Shown: one piece after another, positions 49,498 to 61,392 of the stretch
Layout of the letters: each line of letters begins with the position of its first letter
How positions within the stretch are numbered: position 1 is the first letter of the stretch
Source: Candidatus Latescibacterota bacterium
GTDB lineage: Bacteria > Latescibacterota > UBA2968 > UBA8231
Direction of reading: 5' to 3'
DNA: 64,000 nucleotides
Assembly (NCBI GenBank): GCA_965203355.1
Contig: OZ241889.1
Span: 960,001 to 1,024,000, forward strand
The notes under the pieces: generated by a model
Seen by the model: only the letters and a program-made list of their open reading frames with translations
Told to the model about the DNA's origin: nothing
Database searches by the model: none
Position numbers and translations under genes: made by a program

Positions 49498-51413
<1,916 letters not shown>

Positions 51414-51417
<4 letters not shown>

Positions 51418-51788
51418 AACGCAAGCACATACCGACCCGCAGCGCGTTTGGCGCCGAGTTTGGTTATTCGCGCGCCGTGCGCGTGGACCGGCACATTCAC
51501 GTCGCTGGCACCTGCGCCCAGCCGCCGCACGACCAAGGCGATGCGTACGAGCAAGCCCAAGGCGCGTTGCAGATTATCGCCAAGGCCCTCGACGAGACCG
51601 GTGCTAGCCTCAAAGACGTGGTGCGGACGGTCGTGTACATTACGGATGGGGACCATGCTGCTGGCGTCACCCGCGCTCACCGCGAGGCGTTTGGCGAGAT
51701 TTTGCCGGCCTCGAGCTTGATCGTGGTGGCCGCGCTGCTAAAGCCGCATCTGGTCGTCGAGATCGAAGCCTACGCCATTTTGCCCTAG
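51414..51788 (+). CDS. RidA/YjgF family protein
   Basis: GYSRAVR, VVRT, LVVEIEA. Confidence 0.9.
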
Positions 51789-51920
51789 TTGGCAGCCCGT
51801 GAACAAAGAGAGTCCGCTCCAGACGAGGGCCGATGTGGAGGATGGAACGCAAACGATTCGCGCCATGGCCCGCGGCGATTGGGTCCGCTTGGCGACCGTC
51901 ACCGGCGGCGTATAGTACCT

Positions 51921-53444
51921 ATGTCTTCGACTGGCCCCCGCTTATGGCCCCTCTATCTGCTCGTCGGCATCGTCGTCTTAGCGCTGCTGTGGATCTGGTT
52001 GCCCGAAGCCCCTCATCGCCAGCGACAGACGATGAGCACCATGGCCACCTTCGCGCTCGCCCTTTTCTTCGCGTTGCTCTGGCTGCTCTTTGCGTCGCGG
52101 CTGGCTTGGGGATGGCGGCTGCGCTATTTCGGCGGCATCGTCCTCGTCCTCGCGCTTGGCATCGGATGTTTTCGCATGAAAGGTCTGAGCGGCGACTTCG
52201 TGCCGGTCCTCGAATGGCGTTGGAGTACTGAGGATGAATCCACCGCGGTCGAAGGAGGGGACGCAACCGCGCTCGCCGCGCGCGATTGGCCGCAATTTCT
52301 CGGCCCCGAGCGCAACAGCCGCCTGCGCGGCGTCCACCTCGAGCGCGACTGGACCAAACATCCGCCGCGCGAAGTCTGGCGTCGCCCCGTCGGTGCGGCG
52401 TGGTCCTCTTTTGCCATTGTCGGGGGCCGGGCCGTAACGCAAGAGCAACACGGCCCCGAGTAACAGGTCGTCTGCTACGACTTGGCGACGGGCCGCAAGC
52501 TGTGGCAGCACGCCGACTCGACCCGCTACGAGAGCGCCGTAGCAGGCATCGGCCCGCGCGCTACGCCCACCATCGCTGGAGACCGGGTTTTCGCGCTGGG
52601 TGCTACTGGCATCCTCAACTGCTTAGAGCTGGACAGTGGGAAGTTGGTTTGGTCGCGGAACATTATCTCCAGCAACGAGGCGCAGGCCCATATGTGGGGC
52701 GTAAGCTGTTCGCCGCTGGTCCTCGACAGTTTGGTCGTGGTCAGCGCTGGAGGCCCGGCTGAGCGCTCGCTAGTGGCCTATCACCGCCAAACCGGCGCGT
52801 TTGTCTGGGGCGGGGGTGCGGATCGGGCCGGCTTCAGCTCGCCGCGGCTGGTCGCGTTGGCTGGACGCGAGCAGATCCTGATCTTCAATAGCCACAGCGT
52901 CGTAGCGCACGATCCGCAGAGTGGGGTTCCCCTCTGGCGCGAGCCTTGGGATCCGGTCGAATGCGTTGCCAATCCCCTGCCCTTGCGAGGCGATCGGGTT
53001 TTGGTCTCCACTGGCTACGGCATTGGCGCCAAGCTGTATCAAGTGAACGCTGCGCCCGATGGCGGCTTGACGACCGATATTGTCTGGAAAAGCCCCCGGC
53101 TCAAGGCCAAATTTGCCAACATGGTCTATCGCGATGGCTTTGTCTATGGCCTCGACGATGGGGTGCTGGTCTGCCTGGATCCGCAAGACGGCCAGCGGTG
53201 CTGGAAGCGCGGGCGCTACGGCCACGGCCAGCTCATCCTGATAGACGATATTCTGCTGATAATGAGCGAGTCCGGCGACGTGGTGCTGGTCGAGGCCCGC
53301 CCCGACCGCCACGTCGAACTAGCGCGGATGACGGCCTTTGATGGCAAAACCTGGAATCCCCCGGCCCTTGCTGCACCCTATCTGTTGGTGCGCACGGACA
53401 GGGAGGCCGCCTGTTACGAGTTGGCGCTTGCAGACGCCCCCTAG
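51921..53444 (+). pseudogene. PQQ-like beta-propeller membrane protein interrupted by in-frame TAA at 52461
   Basis: DWPQFLGPERN...QEQHGPE*QVVCYDLATG continues in the same frame. Confidence 0.8.
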
Positions 53445-53468
53445 ACGCGAACTGGTAAGGAGAAAATC

Positions 53469-54338
53469 GTGGAAGACTATTCGCACGTTCAGAAGCCAGA
53501 CTTGGGCTACCGCTATGAGTTTGCCACCGACGAGCTCGACCGAATGGACGAATGCTTGGCGGCGCATGGCTTTGCGATAATCAAAGATGTGCTGCCGTCG
53601 GCGATCGTCGCCAAGCTCAAGCAGGCGGTGTGGGACGGCACGGACCCGGAGCGCGCGTTGCAGCCGGGCGAGAGCCGCACGCGACACGCTTGGATCGAGT
53701 CTGGGCCGGGTGCTTGGGAGTTGCTGGACTACGCGCCCTTCATGGCTATTCATCGGCACCTGATCGGCGCGGACGAGCTGACGATCCACCGCTCGGCGGC
53801 CATCATTCGCCGGAGCGGTTCCGCCCCGGTAACGTGGCATACCGATTGGTGCGGCTATTCGACTGAGATCAAAAATTCGGGCGATGTGCTCAATCGCGGG
53901 TTGTGGCCGTCGGGCAAGTGGTTCTACCTGACCGGCTCGCGGCCCGAGCACGGCGGCCTGTGCGTCATTGCGGATTCCCACGTCGAGAACTGGGCGGGGC
54001 CAGCGGGATTCTGCATGACGACCGACCGACGCTCCTTTTACCCGGCGGGCACGGAGGAACGCGCCTACAACGGCTTCGACATCCCCGGCCTCGTCCCGCT
54101 CTTCACCAACGGCGGCGACATGATCGTCTTCGCCCATCGCACGTATCACGGCGCGTTCCCCAACCGCATTGAAGAGCCGCGTCTTTCTTGCGCGATTGGC
54201 TTCCGCTCCCGCAGCCACCGCATCGAGATCCCGTGGGAAATCCCCGAGGAAGGCCAGTGGTTTTTAGCCAATCTACCCGATCACTTGCGCCGCTATACGG
54301 ACGGGTACACGAGCATCGATTTGGCGTGGCGGGGCTAG
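53469..54338 (+). CDS. Phytanoyl-CoA dioxygenase family protein
   Basis: WHTD, GGLCVIADSH, TYHGAFPN. Confidence 0.88.
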   Translation: MEDYSHVQKPDLGYRYEFATDELDRMDECLAAHGFAIIKDVLPSAIVAKLKQAVWDGTDPERALQPGESRTRHAWIESGPGAWELLDYAPFMAIHRHLIGADELTIHRSAAIIRRSGSAPVTWHTDWCGYSTEIKNSGDVLNRGLWPSGKWFYLTGSRPEHGGLCVIADSHVENWAGPAGFCMTTDRRSFYPAGTEERAYNGFDIPGLVPLFTNGGDMIVFAHRTYHGAFPNRIEEPRLSCAIGFRSRSHRIEIPWEIPEEGQWFLANLPDHLRRYTDGYTSIDLAWRG

Positions 54339-54456
54339 GGGCGATTCTGTAAGCAGGCCAGTACATGTCGGCGAAGGGGCATCGCCAGCGAGAACGAATA
54401 GAGCATGATGTTCTTTATTAGCAAAAGTGACAAAACGCGCTACTAAGGAGGAAAAT

Positions 54457-55341
54457 ATGGGACGATTTCACGGGGTGGTCCCGGCGATCATCAGCCCGAA
54501 AAACGAGGATGACACCCTAAACGAAGCGGCCTTCCGCGCCACAATGGAGTTTAACATACAAGCCGGCGTACACGGCTTTTGGGTCGCTGGCGGCACTGGC
54601 GAGAGCGTCCTGCTCGACGACGAGGAGAACCAACGCATCGCCGAGATCGCCGCCGACCAGAACGCAGGACGCACCCAAGTCATCATGCACGTGGGGGCCA
54701 ATACGACGGCCCGCGCCGAAAAACTAGCGGCCCACGCCGCCCGCGCCGGAGTGGAAGCTGTCTGTGCGGTCCCGCCCTTTTTCTACCGAGGCGACGACGA
54801 TGGCGTAGTAGCATATTATCGGGCTGTGGGAGCGGCGGCCGACCGGCCGCTGTTCATCTACAATTTGCCTAGCTGCACCGGTCTCGATGTCAGTCCAGCC
54901 CTGATGCAGCGTCTAGTTGAGGAAGTGCCCCAAACGGTCGGTTTGAAACACTCGTCGCCGGTATTCGCCAACCTGATCGAATTCGCTGGCATGGGGCTAG
55001 ACGCCTTTATCGGCAGCGGCAAGCTGATGTTGCCCGCCATGACCGTCGGCGCTGTCGGGTCGGTTGACGGTCCTTTGTGTGCAGCCCCGGAACTGTGGAT
55101 GGCCATTTGGAAGGCGTACCAAGCGGGCGATCTGGTCGCCGCAAAACAAGCTCAGCAACGGGCTAACGCCTTTCACCGCACCGTGGCGCAATTCGGCTAT
55201 TTCGGCAGTATCTTGGCCGTGGTCGGCCAGCGCATCGGGATGGAGTGCGGCGATCCTCGGCGTCCGTTGCGCCCGGTGCGCGATGACGAGCGCGAGACGC
55301 TGTTGGCGCAGGTGGCGGCTTTTGGGCTGGAGGGCGTATGA
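54457..55341 (+). CDS. Dihydrodipicolinate synthase/N-acetylneuraminate lyase family protein
   Basis: GGTGES, PPFFY, IYNLP, GLKHS. Confidence 0.92.
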   Translation: MGRFHGVVPAIISPKNEDDTLNEAAFRATMEFNIQAGVHGFWVAGGTGESVLLDDEENQRIAEIAADQNAGRTQVIMHVGANTTARAEKLAAHAARAGVEAVCAVPPFFYRGDDDGVVAYYRAVGAAADRPLFIYNLPSCTGLDVSPALMQRLVEEVPQTVGLKHSSPVFANLIEFAGMGLDAFIGSGKLMLPAMTVGAVGSVDGPLCAAPELWMAIWKAYQAGDLVAAKQAQQRANAFHRTVAQFGYFGSILAVVGQRIGMECGDPRRPLRPVRDDERETLLAQVAAFGLEGV

Positions 55342-55374
55342 AAGCCGTATGATTTGAAGACCAGAGAGACTCGA

Positions 55375-55674
55375 ATGACTAACAAGACTCCCAACCCCAG
55401 CGACCCTATCGGCGGTATCGCCAAACAAATCTTACGGGAAGTTCCAGACGACATGCAGCGCGATTTGGCCCGAGGGGTCGCGATCCTCAAAGAAGCGGGC
55501 TGTCAGCAGGTGTATGTTTTCGGCTCAATCGTTGAAGGCCACGTCCGGCCCGATTCCGATATTGACTTTGCGGTCCGCGGCTGCCCCGCGAAACTGTTCT
55601 TCAAACTCGGGCCATTCCTGCATTTTCATCGCCCACAACATCCATCGCGTCTTTGCGGTCGTGGGGATGGCTAG
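55375..55674 (+). pseudogene. Minimal nucleotidyltransferase (MNT), apparently 3'-truncated
   Basis: VYVFGS...DSDIDFAV, then similarity is lost after FFKLG; no HEPN partner. Confidence 0.6.
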
Positions 55675-56960
55675 GGGTTGACCGCGTTGTCGGCGATGGA
55701 TACCTCGCCCGATGCCGCGCGGTCGGCCAAGGCTTGGGCTTCGCTCGTAGGTAAGTTGCCGTTTTCAACGATGAGTACGTTGCCCCCAATGCCGACGAGA
55801 TTGGCCAGCCCGGCGAGGCTCGCCAGTTTTTCGTTTTCGTAGATGTTGAGGTTTTGGGCGACTTGCGCCAGGCTTTCTAACCCGGCCAACGCGACTAGTT
55901 TTTCGTTGTTGTAAATGTTGAGGTTGCCGCCGACGCGGCTGAGGCTCGTCAGCCCGGCGAGGCTCGTCAGCCGCGGGTTGCTGTAAATGCTCAGGTCTTG
56001 GCCGACGTCCGTTAGGCTGGATAGATCCTCGACCCGGTCCAACGCGGCATTGCGCCCGAGGCGGAAGCTGCCGCCGATTTTCTGGAGAGACGATACATCT
56101 TCTAGCGCGGTGAGGGCCAAGTTGTCCTCGATAGCGAAATCACCGCCAACGCGGCTGAGATTCGAGAGGTCTTCTATGAGTTCGAGCGAGGGATTAAACG
56201 CGATGGTGAAGCTACCGCCGACCGCAGTGAGGCCGAACAGGCCGTCGATATGAGCCAATTGGTTGTTGTTGTCGATGCGCGCGTTGCCGCCGACCGCGTT
56301 GAGTTTGATTAGACCATCCACGGCGGTCAGCTTGTCGTTGTGGGAGACGCGGAAGTGCCCGCCGATAGTACTGAGAAAGGACAGCCCTTCGATATCGAGG
56401 AGCTCGTCGTTGTCGCGGATGGTGACATCGCCACCTACAGAGGCGAGATCGACCAGCCCCTCAAAGTTTTTGAGTTCGTCGTTGTCGTAGATGGCGAGGT
56501 TGCCATCTATGGCACTGAGCTGTTTCAAGCCCTCAAAAAGGGCGAGGTCTAGGCGCGTGATTTCGAGGTCTCCAGCAATGGTGTAATTGCATCCTCCCGC
56601 CTTCTCCAGCGCGTCGGCGTCTTCGCGCGAGCGCACGATGCGGTCGCCCGGCAGAACGTTGCCAGCACAATCGCCGCCCAAGATGCCAACCACGCCCGGA
56701 TCCTTGCCGCACCCGGCCAAGACGAGCAACAAGACGAATAGGTTGGCGGCGGCGATCAAGCTAGGTACCCGAGCGCGTACAGGCGTTTTTGCCGGCTGTT
56801 GTTCCTCGAACCGACATCTGTTGGTATGCGTATTGTGCGTGTGCGATGGGTCAGCGCAAACCAAGTCGTCGCGCCCGTGTGGATTGACGCGACTGCTGAC
56901 CACTGGCCACTGACCACTACACTCTGCGGCCGGCGCACTTGAGGATAGACGAGAAGGCAT
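55671..56960 (-). CDS. Lipoprotein with receptor L-domain/leucine-rich repeats (true start probably near 56780)
   Basis: Lipobox LAGC; about ten 25-aa repeats L.GL..L..VGG.L.I..N..L. Confidence 0.8.
   Translation of the reverse strand: MPSRLSSSAPAAECSGQWPVVSSRVNPHGRDDLVCADPSHTHNTHTNRCRFEEQQPAKTPVRARVPSLIAAANLFVLLLVLAGCGKDPGVVGILGGDCAGNVLPGDRIVRSREDADALEKAGGCNYTIAGDLEITRLDLALFEGLKQLSAIDGNLAIYDNDELKNFEGLVDLASVGGDVTIRDNDELLDIEGLSFLSTIGGHFRVSHNDKLTAVDGLIKLNAVGGNARIDNNNQLAHIDGLFGLTAVGGSFTIAFNPSLELIEDLSNLSRVGGDFAIEDNLALTALEDVSSLQKIGGSFRLGRNAALDRVEDLSSLTDVGQDLSIYSNPRLTSLAGLTSLSRVGGNLNIYNNEKLVALAGLESLAQVAQNLNIYENEKLASLAGLANLVGIGGNVLIVENGNLPTSEAQALADRAASGEVSIADNAVNP
56891..56918. repeat. Heptamer tandem repeat (GACCACT-like)x4
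   Basis: gactgct gaccact ggccact gaccact. Confidence 0.7.
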
Positions 56961-57159
56961 CCGTCTTCAGTCAGGTCGCCGGGGTGTGCGCGGACGGACT
57001 CGTCGGCTTGGGAAACTTTTTTGTCGGACAAGGCCGCTGCGTTTTGCACGGGTTGCAACTCAGGGCTTGGCGTGAAAAAATGTTGCGAGAATATACGCAT
57101 AGAGGCGTCTGATGCGAACATTAGGTAGATTTAGCTAACCGACCAACGAAAGGAGCCCC

Positions 57160-58116
57160 ATGTCTTTCAAGTTCGTCTTTCTGTCACCTGCCAGCGATTT
57201 AGCCGCTGCTATGTCCGAAGCGGTCCCCACGATGGAGATCGTCCAATGCGAAAGCCGCGCCGAAGCCCTAGCGGCTTTGCCTACGGCGCAAGCCTGTTTC
57301 GGGACTTTGGATCCCGCGCTGTTGGCCGCGGCCGTCCAACTCAAGTGGTTGGCCGCCCCAGCGGCCGGCCCGCCCAAGGGGTATTACTTCCCGGAACTCA
57401 TTGCCAGCGACGTGGTGGTGACCAATTTCCGCGGCATTTTCAACGACCACATCTCCGCCCACATCATGGCCTTTGTGCTGGTGCTCTCGCGCGGTATGCA
57501 CCGCTACTTCCGCGACCAGTTCGCCGGCCAATGGCGCAGCAGCGGCGAGTCGAGCCCCTCGACCTATCTGCCCGAAGCTACCGCGCTGATCGTCGGCGTC
57601 GGCGGGATTGGCGCAGAGACCGCGCGTCAGTGCAAGCACTGGGGCATGACGACCATTGGCATTGATCCGCGCGTTGAGTCGCCGCCGCCGGGCATTGACG
57701 AATTATATCGCCCGGACGCGCTCGACCCGCATCTGCCGAGAGCGGATTTCGTCATTCTCACCGTGCCGCAGACGCCGCAAACCGAGGGCTTTTTCACCAG
57801 TGCCCGGTTTGAGCAGATGAAGACCAGCGCGTACTTCGTCAACATCGGTCGCGGCGCAAACGTCAAATTGGCCGATCTCGACCAAGCCCTGCGCGAGGGC
57901 CAGATCGCCGGGGCAGCCTTGGATGTGTTTGAGCAAGAGCCGCTGCCGCCGGAGCACCCGCTGTGGACGGCCCCGAACTTCCTGATGACTCCGCACGTGG
58001 CCGCGGCTGGCCCTTATCTGAACGAGCGCCGGCGCGACCTAATGGTGGAGAATTGCAAGCGCTTTGCCCGCGGCGCGGCGCTGGTAAATGTGGTGGATAA
58101 AGCGAACTGGTTCTGA
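57160..58116 (+). CDS. D-2-hydroxyacid dehydrogenase
   Basis: GVGGIG, VNIGRG, ALDVFEQEPL, TPHVA. Confidence 0.95.
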   Translation: MSFKFVFLSPASDLAAAMSEAVPTMEIVQCESRAEALAALPTAQACFGTLDPALLAAAVQLKWLAAPAAGPPKGYYFPELIASDVVVTNFRGIFNDHISAHIMAFVLVLSRGMHRYFRDQFAGQWRSSGESSPSTYLPEATALIVGVGGIGAETARQCKHWGMTTIGIDPRVESPPPGIDELYRPDALDPHLPRADFVILTVPQTPQTEGFFTSARFEQMKTSAYFVNIGRGANVKLADLDQALREGQIAGAALDVFEQEPLPPEHPLWTAPNFLMTPHVAAAGPYLNERRRDLMVENCKRFARGAALVNVVDKANWF

Positions 58117-58122
58117 GCGCGT

Positions 58123-58746
58123 CTAGGGCTGGGTGCCCGTGATGAGCAGGTACGCGTCGGCTTTGACCTCGCCGTCAACCGCCCACTCTTTGAGTTCGCC
58201 GCCGAGTTTCCCGATGACCTTCTCGCTCAGCTCGTGAAAGGGCGGGCGCCCTGGGTCGGCGATGATGATCTGCCCGACCTCGACCTCGACCGCCTTTTTG
58301 ATCAGCCTGTAGAGCGGCTTGACCATGTCGTCCCAGAAGCAAATATCGGCTCCGATGATCAGGTTGGTTTGGCGCAGGTCTTTCTTTTTTACCTTCTCGA
58401 ACTTGCAGCGATAGGTATCTATCTCAACGCCGTTGATCTCGGCGTGTAGTTGCAAATAGGGAAAGACCGCTGCATCCGCGTCCATTCCCGTGACGTCGGC
58501 ACCGTGGTTTTTAGCGCAGTATATCCCGGCGAGGCCCCAACCGCAGCCTATGTCCAAAACCCGCGCCTTTGGCGGTAGCCCCTGATGCGATAGAAAGTCC
58601 ATCACGCACCAACTCGAACTCCAGAATTTGTTGCCGTGGATACAGGGTTCGTGCTTCTTTTTTTGGGCACGCACGCGAGGGTGAGCGGCTTTGAGTACCG
58701 TGATGCCATACGCTTGGCGCGAGGTTTTCTTTTTTTGTCTAGCCAT
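58123..58746 (-). CDS. SAM-dependent methyltransferase (protein-lysine MTase-like)
   Basis: HGNKFW, VLDIGCGWG, GADICFW, IADPGR. Confidence 0.85.
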   Translation of the reverse strand: MARQKKKTSRQAYGITVLKAAHPRVRAQKKKHEPCIHGNKFWSSSWCVMDFLSHQGLPPKARVLDIGCGWGLAGIYCAKNHGADVTGMDADAAVFPYLQLHAEINGVEIDTYRCKFEKVKKKDLRQTNLIIGADICFWDDMVKPLYRLIKKAVEVEVGQIIIADPGRPPFHELSEKVIGKLGGELKEWAVDGEVKADAYLLITGTQP

Positions 58747-58773
58747 TTCGTTCTGCTGATTCCCACCGGAAAG

Positions 58774-59553
58774 TTAGAATCCCCACACGTGCGCCGCGGT
58801 CTTTCCCATGACCCACTCAATATCGTCGCCATCGGCGAAAGCTCGATGTTCAAGGACGCCGCGCAACGTGTTGGCGTAGCCTTCTCTGCCTGCGCTGGGC
58901 GGGAAGTCGCTGCCCCACATCATGCGTTGTACGCCGAATGCGTCCTTGGCTCGCTCGAAAAGCGGCGGCACGTGGTCGAATTTGAGCGCGGGCAAAAGGC
59001 GCGGCGGGCGGGCGCAAATTTCGCCCAAGCCGGGGACTTTGATGCTGGTGTTGTCGCGTTCGCCGTGTTGCAGTGCTTTGGCGTAATCGGCGTAAGGCGG
59101 CTCGGCAATCCCCACGCCGGCGAGATGTTCGAGGATGACGTGCGTATCCGGGCACGCATCGAGTACGCGCGAGAAGGCGTCGGCCGCGAACTGGGCTGCG
59201 TTGCCGATGCTTGAGACGACGAGGCCGAGTTCGCCGGCTCTGCGCCAGATGTCGTACGGACCGGCGTGGGCGAACCGATCATTCGGGGCCAGGCGAACGC
59301 CAGCGGCTCCTTGTTCTGCGAGTTGGGCGAGATCGCCGAGTGGATCGCGGGACTCGGGATCCACGAGGACTGCAACCTTGAACCGGCCCGGTCGCTTGGC
59401 GGCTTCTTGGAGGAGGTAGGTGTTGTCGTAGGTGCCGCCGTGTTGGATGAGGACGGCCTGGTCAACGCCGTTGCGGTCCATCTCGAATTCGAGCGTTTCG
59501 ATAGGCTCGAACCAGTTGTTACCGGCGTGGCAGTGTGCGTCGATTATCAGCAT
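58774..59553 (-). CDS. Amidohydrolase_2 family protein
   Basis: IDAHCH, LEHLAG, MWGSDFP. Confidence 0.9.
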   Translation of the reverse strand: MLIIDAHCHAGNNWFEPIETLEFEMDRNGVDQAVLIQHGGTYDNTYLLQEAAKRPGRFKVAVLVDPESRDPLGDLAQLAEQGAAGVRLAPNDRFAHAGPYDIWRRAGELGLVVSSIGNAAQFAADAFSRVLDACPDTHVILEHLAGVGIAEPPYADYAKALQHGERDNTSIKVPGLGEICARPPRLLPALKFDHVPPLFERAKDAFGVQRMMWGSDFPPSAGREGYANTLRGVLEHRAFADGDDIEWVMGKTAAHVWGF

Positions 59554-59718
59554 TTGGAGTTGCCTTTCAATCAGGATTCTTTGCCGCGCAAAAGTGTAGA
59601 TGTGTTACGCGGCTTCTTCAGGGCCTAAAATTTGTGGGTGTTGAGCGATGCTACTTGAAGATCGGGTGAACATCTTGTTGAGAAACAGTGGTGTATCTTT
59701 GACAGGACGCCCATGGAA

Positions 59719-60297
59719 TCACGTTTCCCAGTTTGATCTGTACGAACGGTTTTCGAGGCGTTCTGCAAGTTCAGTCAGCACGGCTAGAGACCTGTTTAAC
59801 CGGGCCGTCGTTGCGTCGTCGAGTTCACCGCCCGCCGCCCAATTGCCGTTGTGAGCGTACACGTTATACGGACTAATAATGCACTTGAAATCTAGCATGA
59901 GGGATGTTGCCAGCGACGCGAATGCCATATAGCTATGCGGCGATCCACCTGCATTGACGAACATCACTATCTTGTCGTAGAAAGCTCCTTTGCGCGACCC
60001 GTCTGGTGGCGTAGAGCCTATATACTCGACGAATTTCTTGAGTTCGGCGCAACACGCCCAGTTGTACACCGGACTCGCCAAGATAACGGCATTAGCTGCC
60101 GCAATGATCCCATGGCACGATTGGTACGCCTCGGATGAATAGATCGCGTCGTTGTCGAAGTTTGGCGGATCAAGTTGTCGAAGATCAATAAAGTCAACAC
60201 AAATACCTTTGTCCTGCAAAGCGGTGCGACACATGGTAGCAAGCACCTTGCTGTTACTATCGGGATCAAGGCTACTGCTGACGACTGAAATCCTCAT
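59719..60297 (-). CDS. NADPH-dependent FMN reductase
   Basis: SSLDPDSNS, ASPVYN, LKKF. Confidence 0.88.
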   Translation of the reverse strand: MRISVVSSSLDPDSNSKVLATMCRTALQDKGICVDFIDLRQLDPPNFDNDAIYSSEAYQSCHGIIAAANAVILASPVYNWACCAELKKFVEYIGSTPPDGSRKGAFYDKIVMFVNAGGSPHSYMAFASLATSLMLDFKCIISPYNVYAHNGNWAAGGELDDATTARLNRSLAVLTELAERLENRSYRSNWET

Positions 60298-60334
60298 CTG
60301 AATCTCCTAACGTGTGCTGAGTTGCGAACTTTCT

Positions 60335-60730
60335 TCACGTCGAAGATCGGGAAAATCTATCTAGACCGGCCGGAATATTGGACCACGGGACGGCCATTTC
60401 GGTCCAGATTTCTCTGGTGGGTCGCAGGTCTTCGGAATGGTCTAGGGTGCCGGCCTTGATAAACACCAAGTCTGGGTAACGGGTGAACAATTGTGAACCA
60501 CACGTTGGGCAGAATTCGCGAATCTTTGTGTGGCCTTCGTCGTTGGTAGATTCGTATCCCTTGGTTTTGCCGCTTAGTTGAAATGTGGACGCTGGCACGC
60601 CGACTCCAACGTTGAAAGCGCTGCCTGTAACCCTACGGCAGTCGTCACAGTGGCAATAGGTTACAGATTGGGGCTCGGCGGTGCTTACATAGCGGACCGC
60701 CCCGCAAAGACATCGACCTGTTAGCGTCAT
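60335..60730 (-). CDS. GFA (glutathione-dependent formaldehyde-activating) family protein
   Basis: GRCLCGAV, CHCDDCRR, FCPTCGS. Confidence 0.92.
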   Translation of the reverse strand: MTLTGRCLCGAVRYVSTAEPQSVTYCHCDDCRRVTGSAFNVGVGVPASTFQLSGKTKGYESTNDEGHTKIREFCPTCGSQLFTRYPDLVFIKAGTLDHSEDLRPTREIWTEMAVPWSNIPAGLDRFSRSST

Positions 60731-60742
60731 TGATAGTCCTGA

Positions 60743-60887
60743 GAAGCGTTTTTAAAGTTATTCTTAATTGTTTTTTGATCCCCCAAAAAGCCTAGTAGTA
60801 CTGGAGTCTCGCCCTCGGAAAACGCCCGATATAGGAACCGCTCGACCGCCCGTTGAAGTAGTCCGACGAGAATCTTAAAAAGGCTTC
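60743..60887. mobile_element. MITE-like element, copy 2
   Basis: TIR GAAGCGTTTTTAA...TTAAAAAGGCTTC flanked by TGA/TTA; shares internal sequence with 38248-38391. Confidence 0.8.
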
Positions 60888-60934
60888 TTAGATAAACGAT
60901 CAGGCTGTAACTTTGACCGTACTATAAGAGAATC

Positions 60935-61140
60935 ACAAATGGACATCGCTGTTGTGCGAGTTCCCAATTCTCCGTGTAGATCATACCATGCCGAAACATG
61001 TCGCAGAGCGCGTTTGGAAAATTGGCCTTCATATCGACCGTGATGTCATAGTCACCGTATATAGCGTGGAAATGGGATGGTCCAGGCTCTCGATGAAACA
61101 CACCAATCGCGATCCCAAGAAATCAGCTAATTTCCGGCAT
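60935..61140 (-). pseudogene. DUF4160-family toxin-antitoxin gene, degraded
   Basis: MPEIS*FLGIAIGVFHREPGPSHFHAIYGDYDITVD, then frameshifted EGQFSKRALRHV..W and ENWELA. Confidence 0.75.
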
Positions 61141-61392
61141 GGTTGTATTTTGTAACCTGACCCGCGCAGTAGGTTGCCGAATGGTGCTGTTAAACGTCAG
61201 GAAGGTACGCATTGATGTGAAAAGTCGCAATCAGTTCTACGGAGCTGAAATACGCTGTGTTCAGAAGGTTGGGATAGACGCTTCGGATTGTCCCGCGACC
61301 CATCGCAAATCGGTCTGGCGCATGAGTTCCTTTTTTCTTTTTTTGCCCATTGTACTTCGCTGGATAAAAGCTATCAACAAAGGATTTTCCCT

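Noticed and set aside
56930-57120. Possible riboswitch in the long leader of the L-domain lipoprotein
   Set aside because: Some pairing potential, but no recognisable c-di-GMP or other consensus; an Infernal/Rfam scan would be needed.
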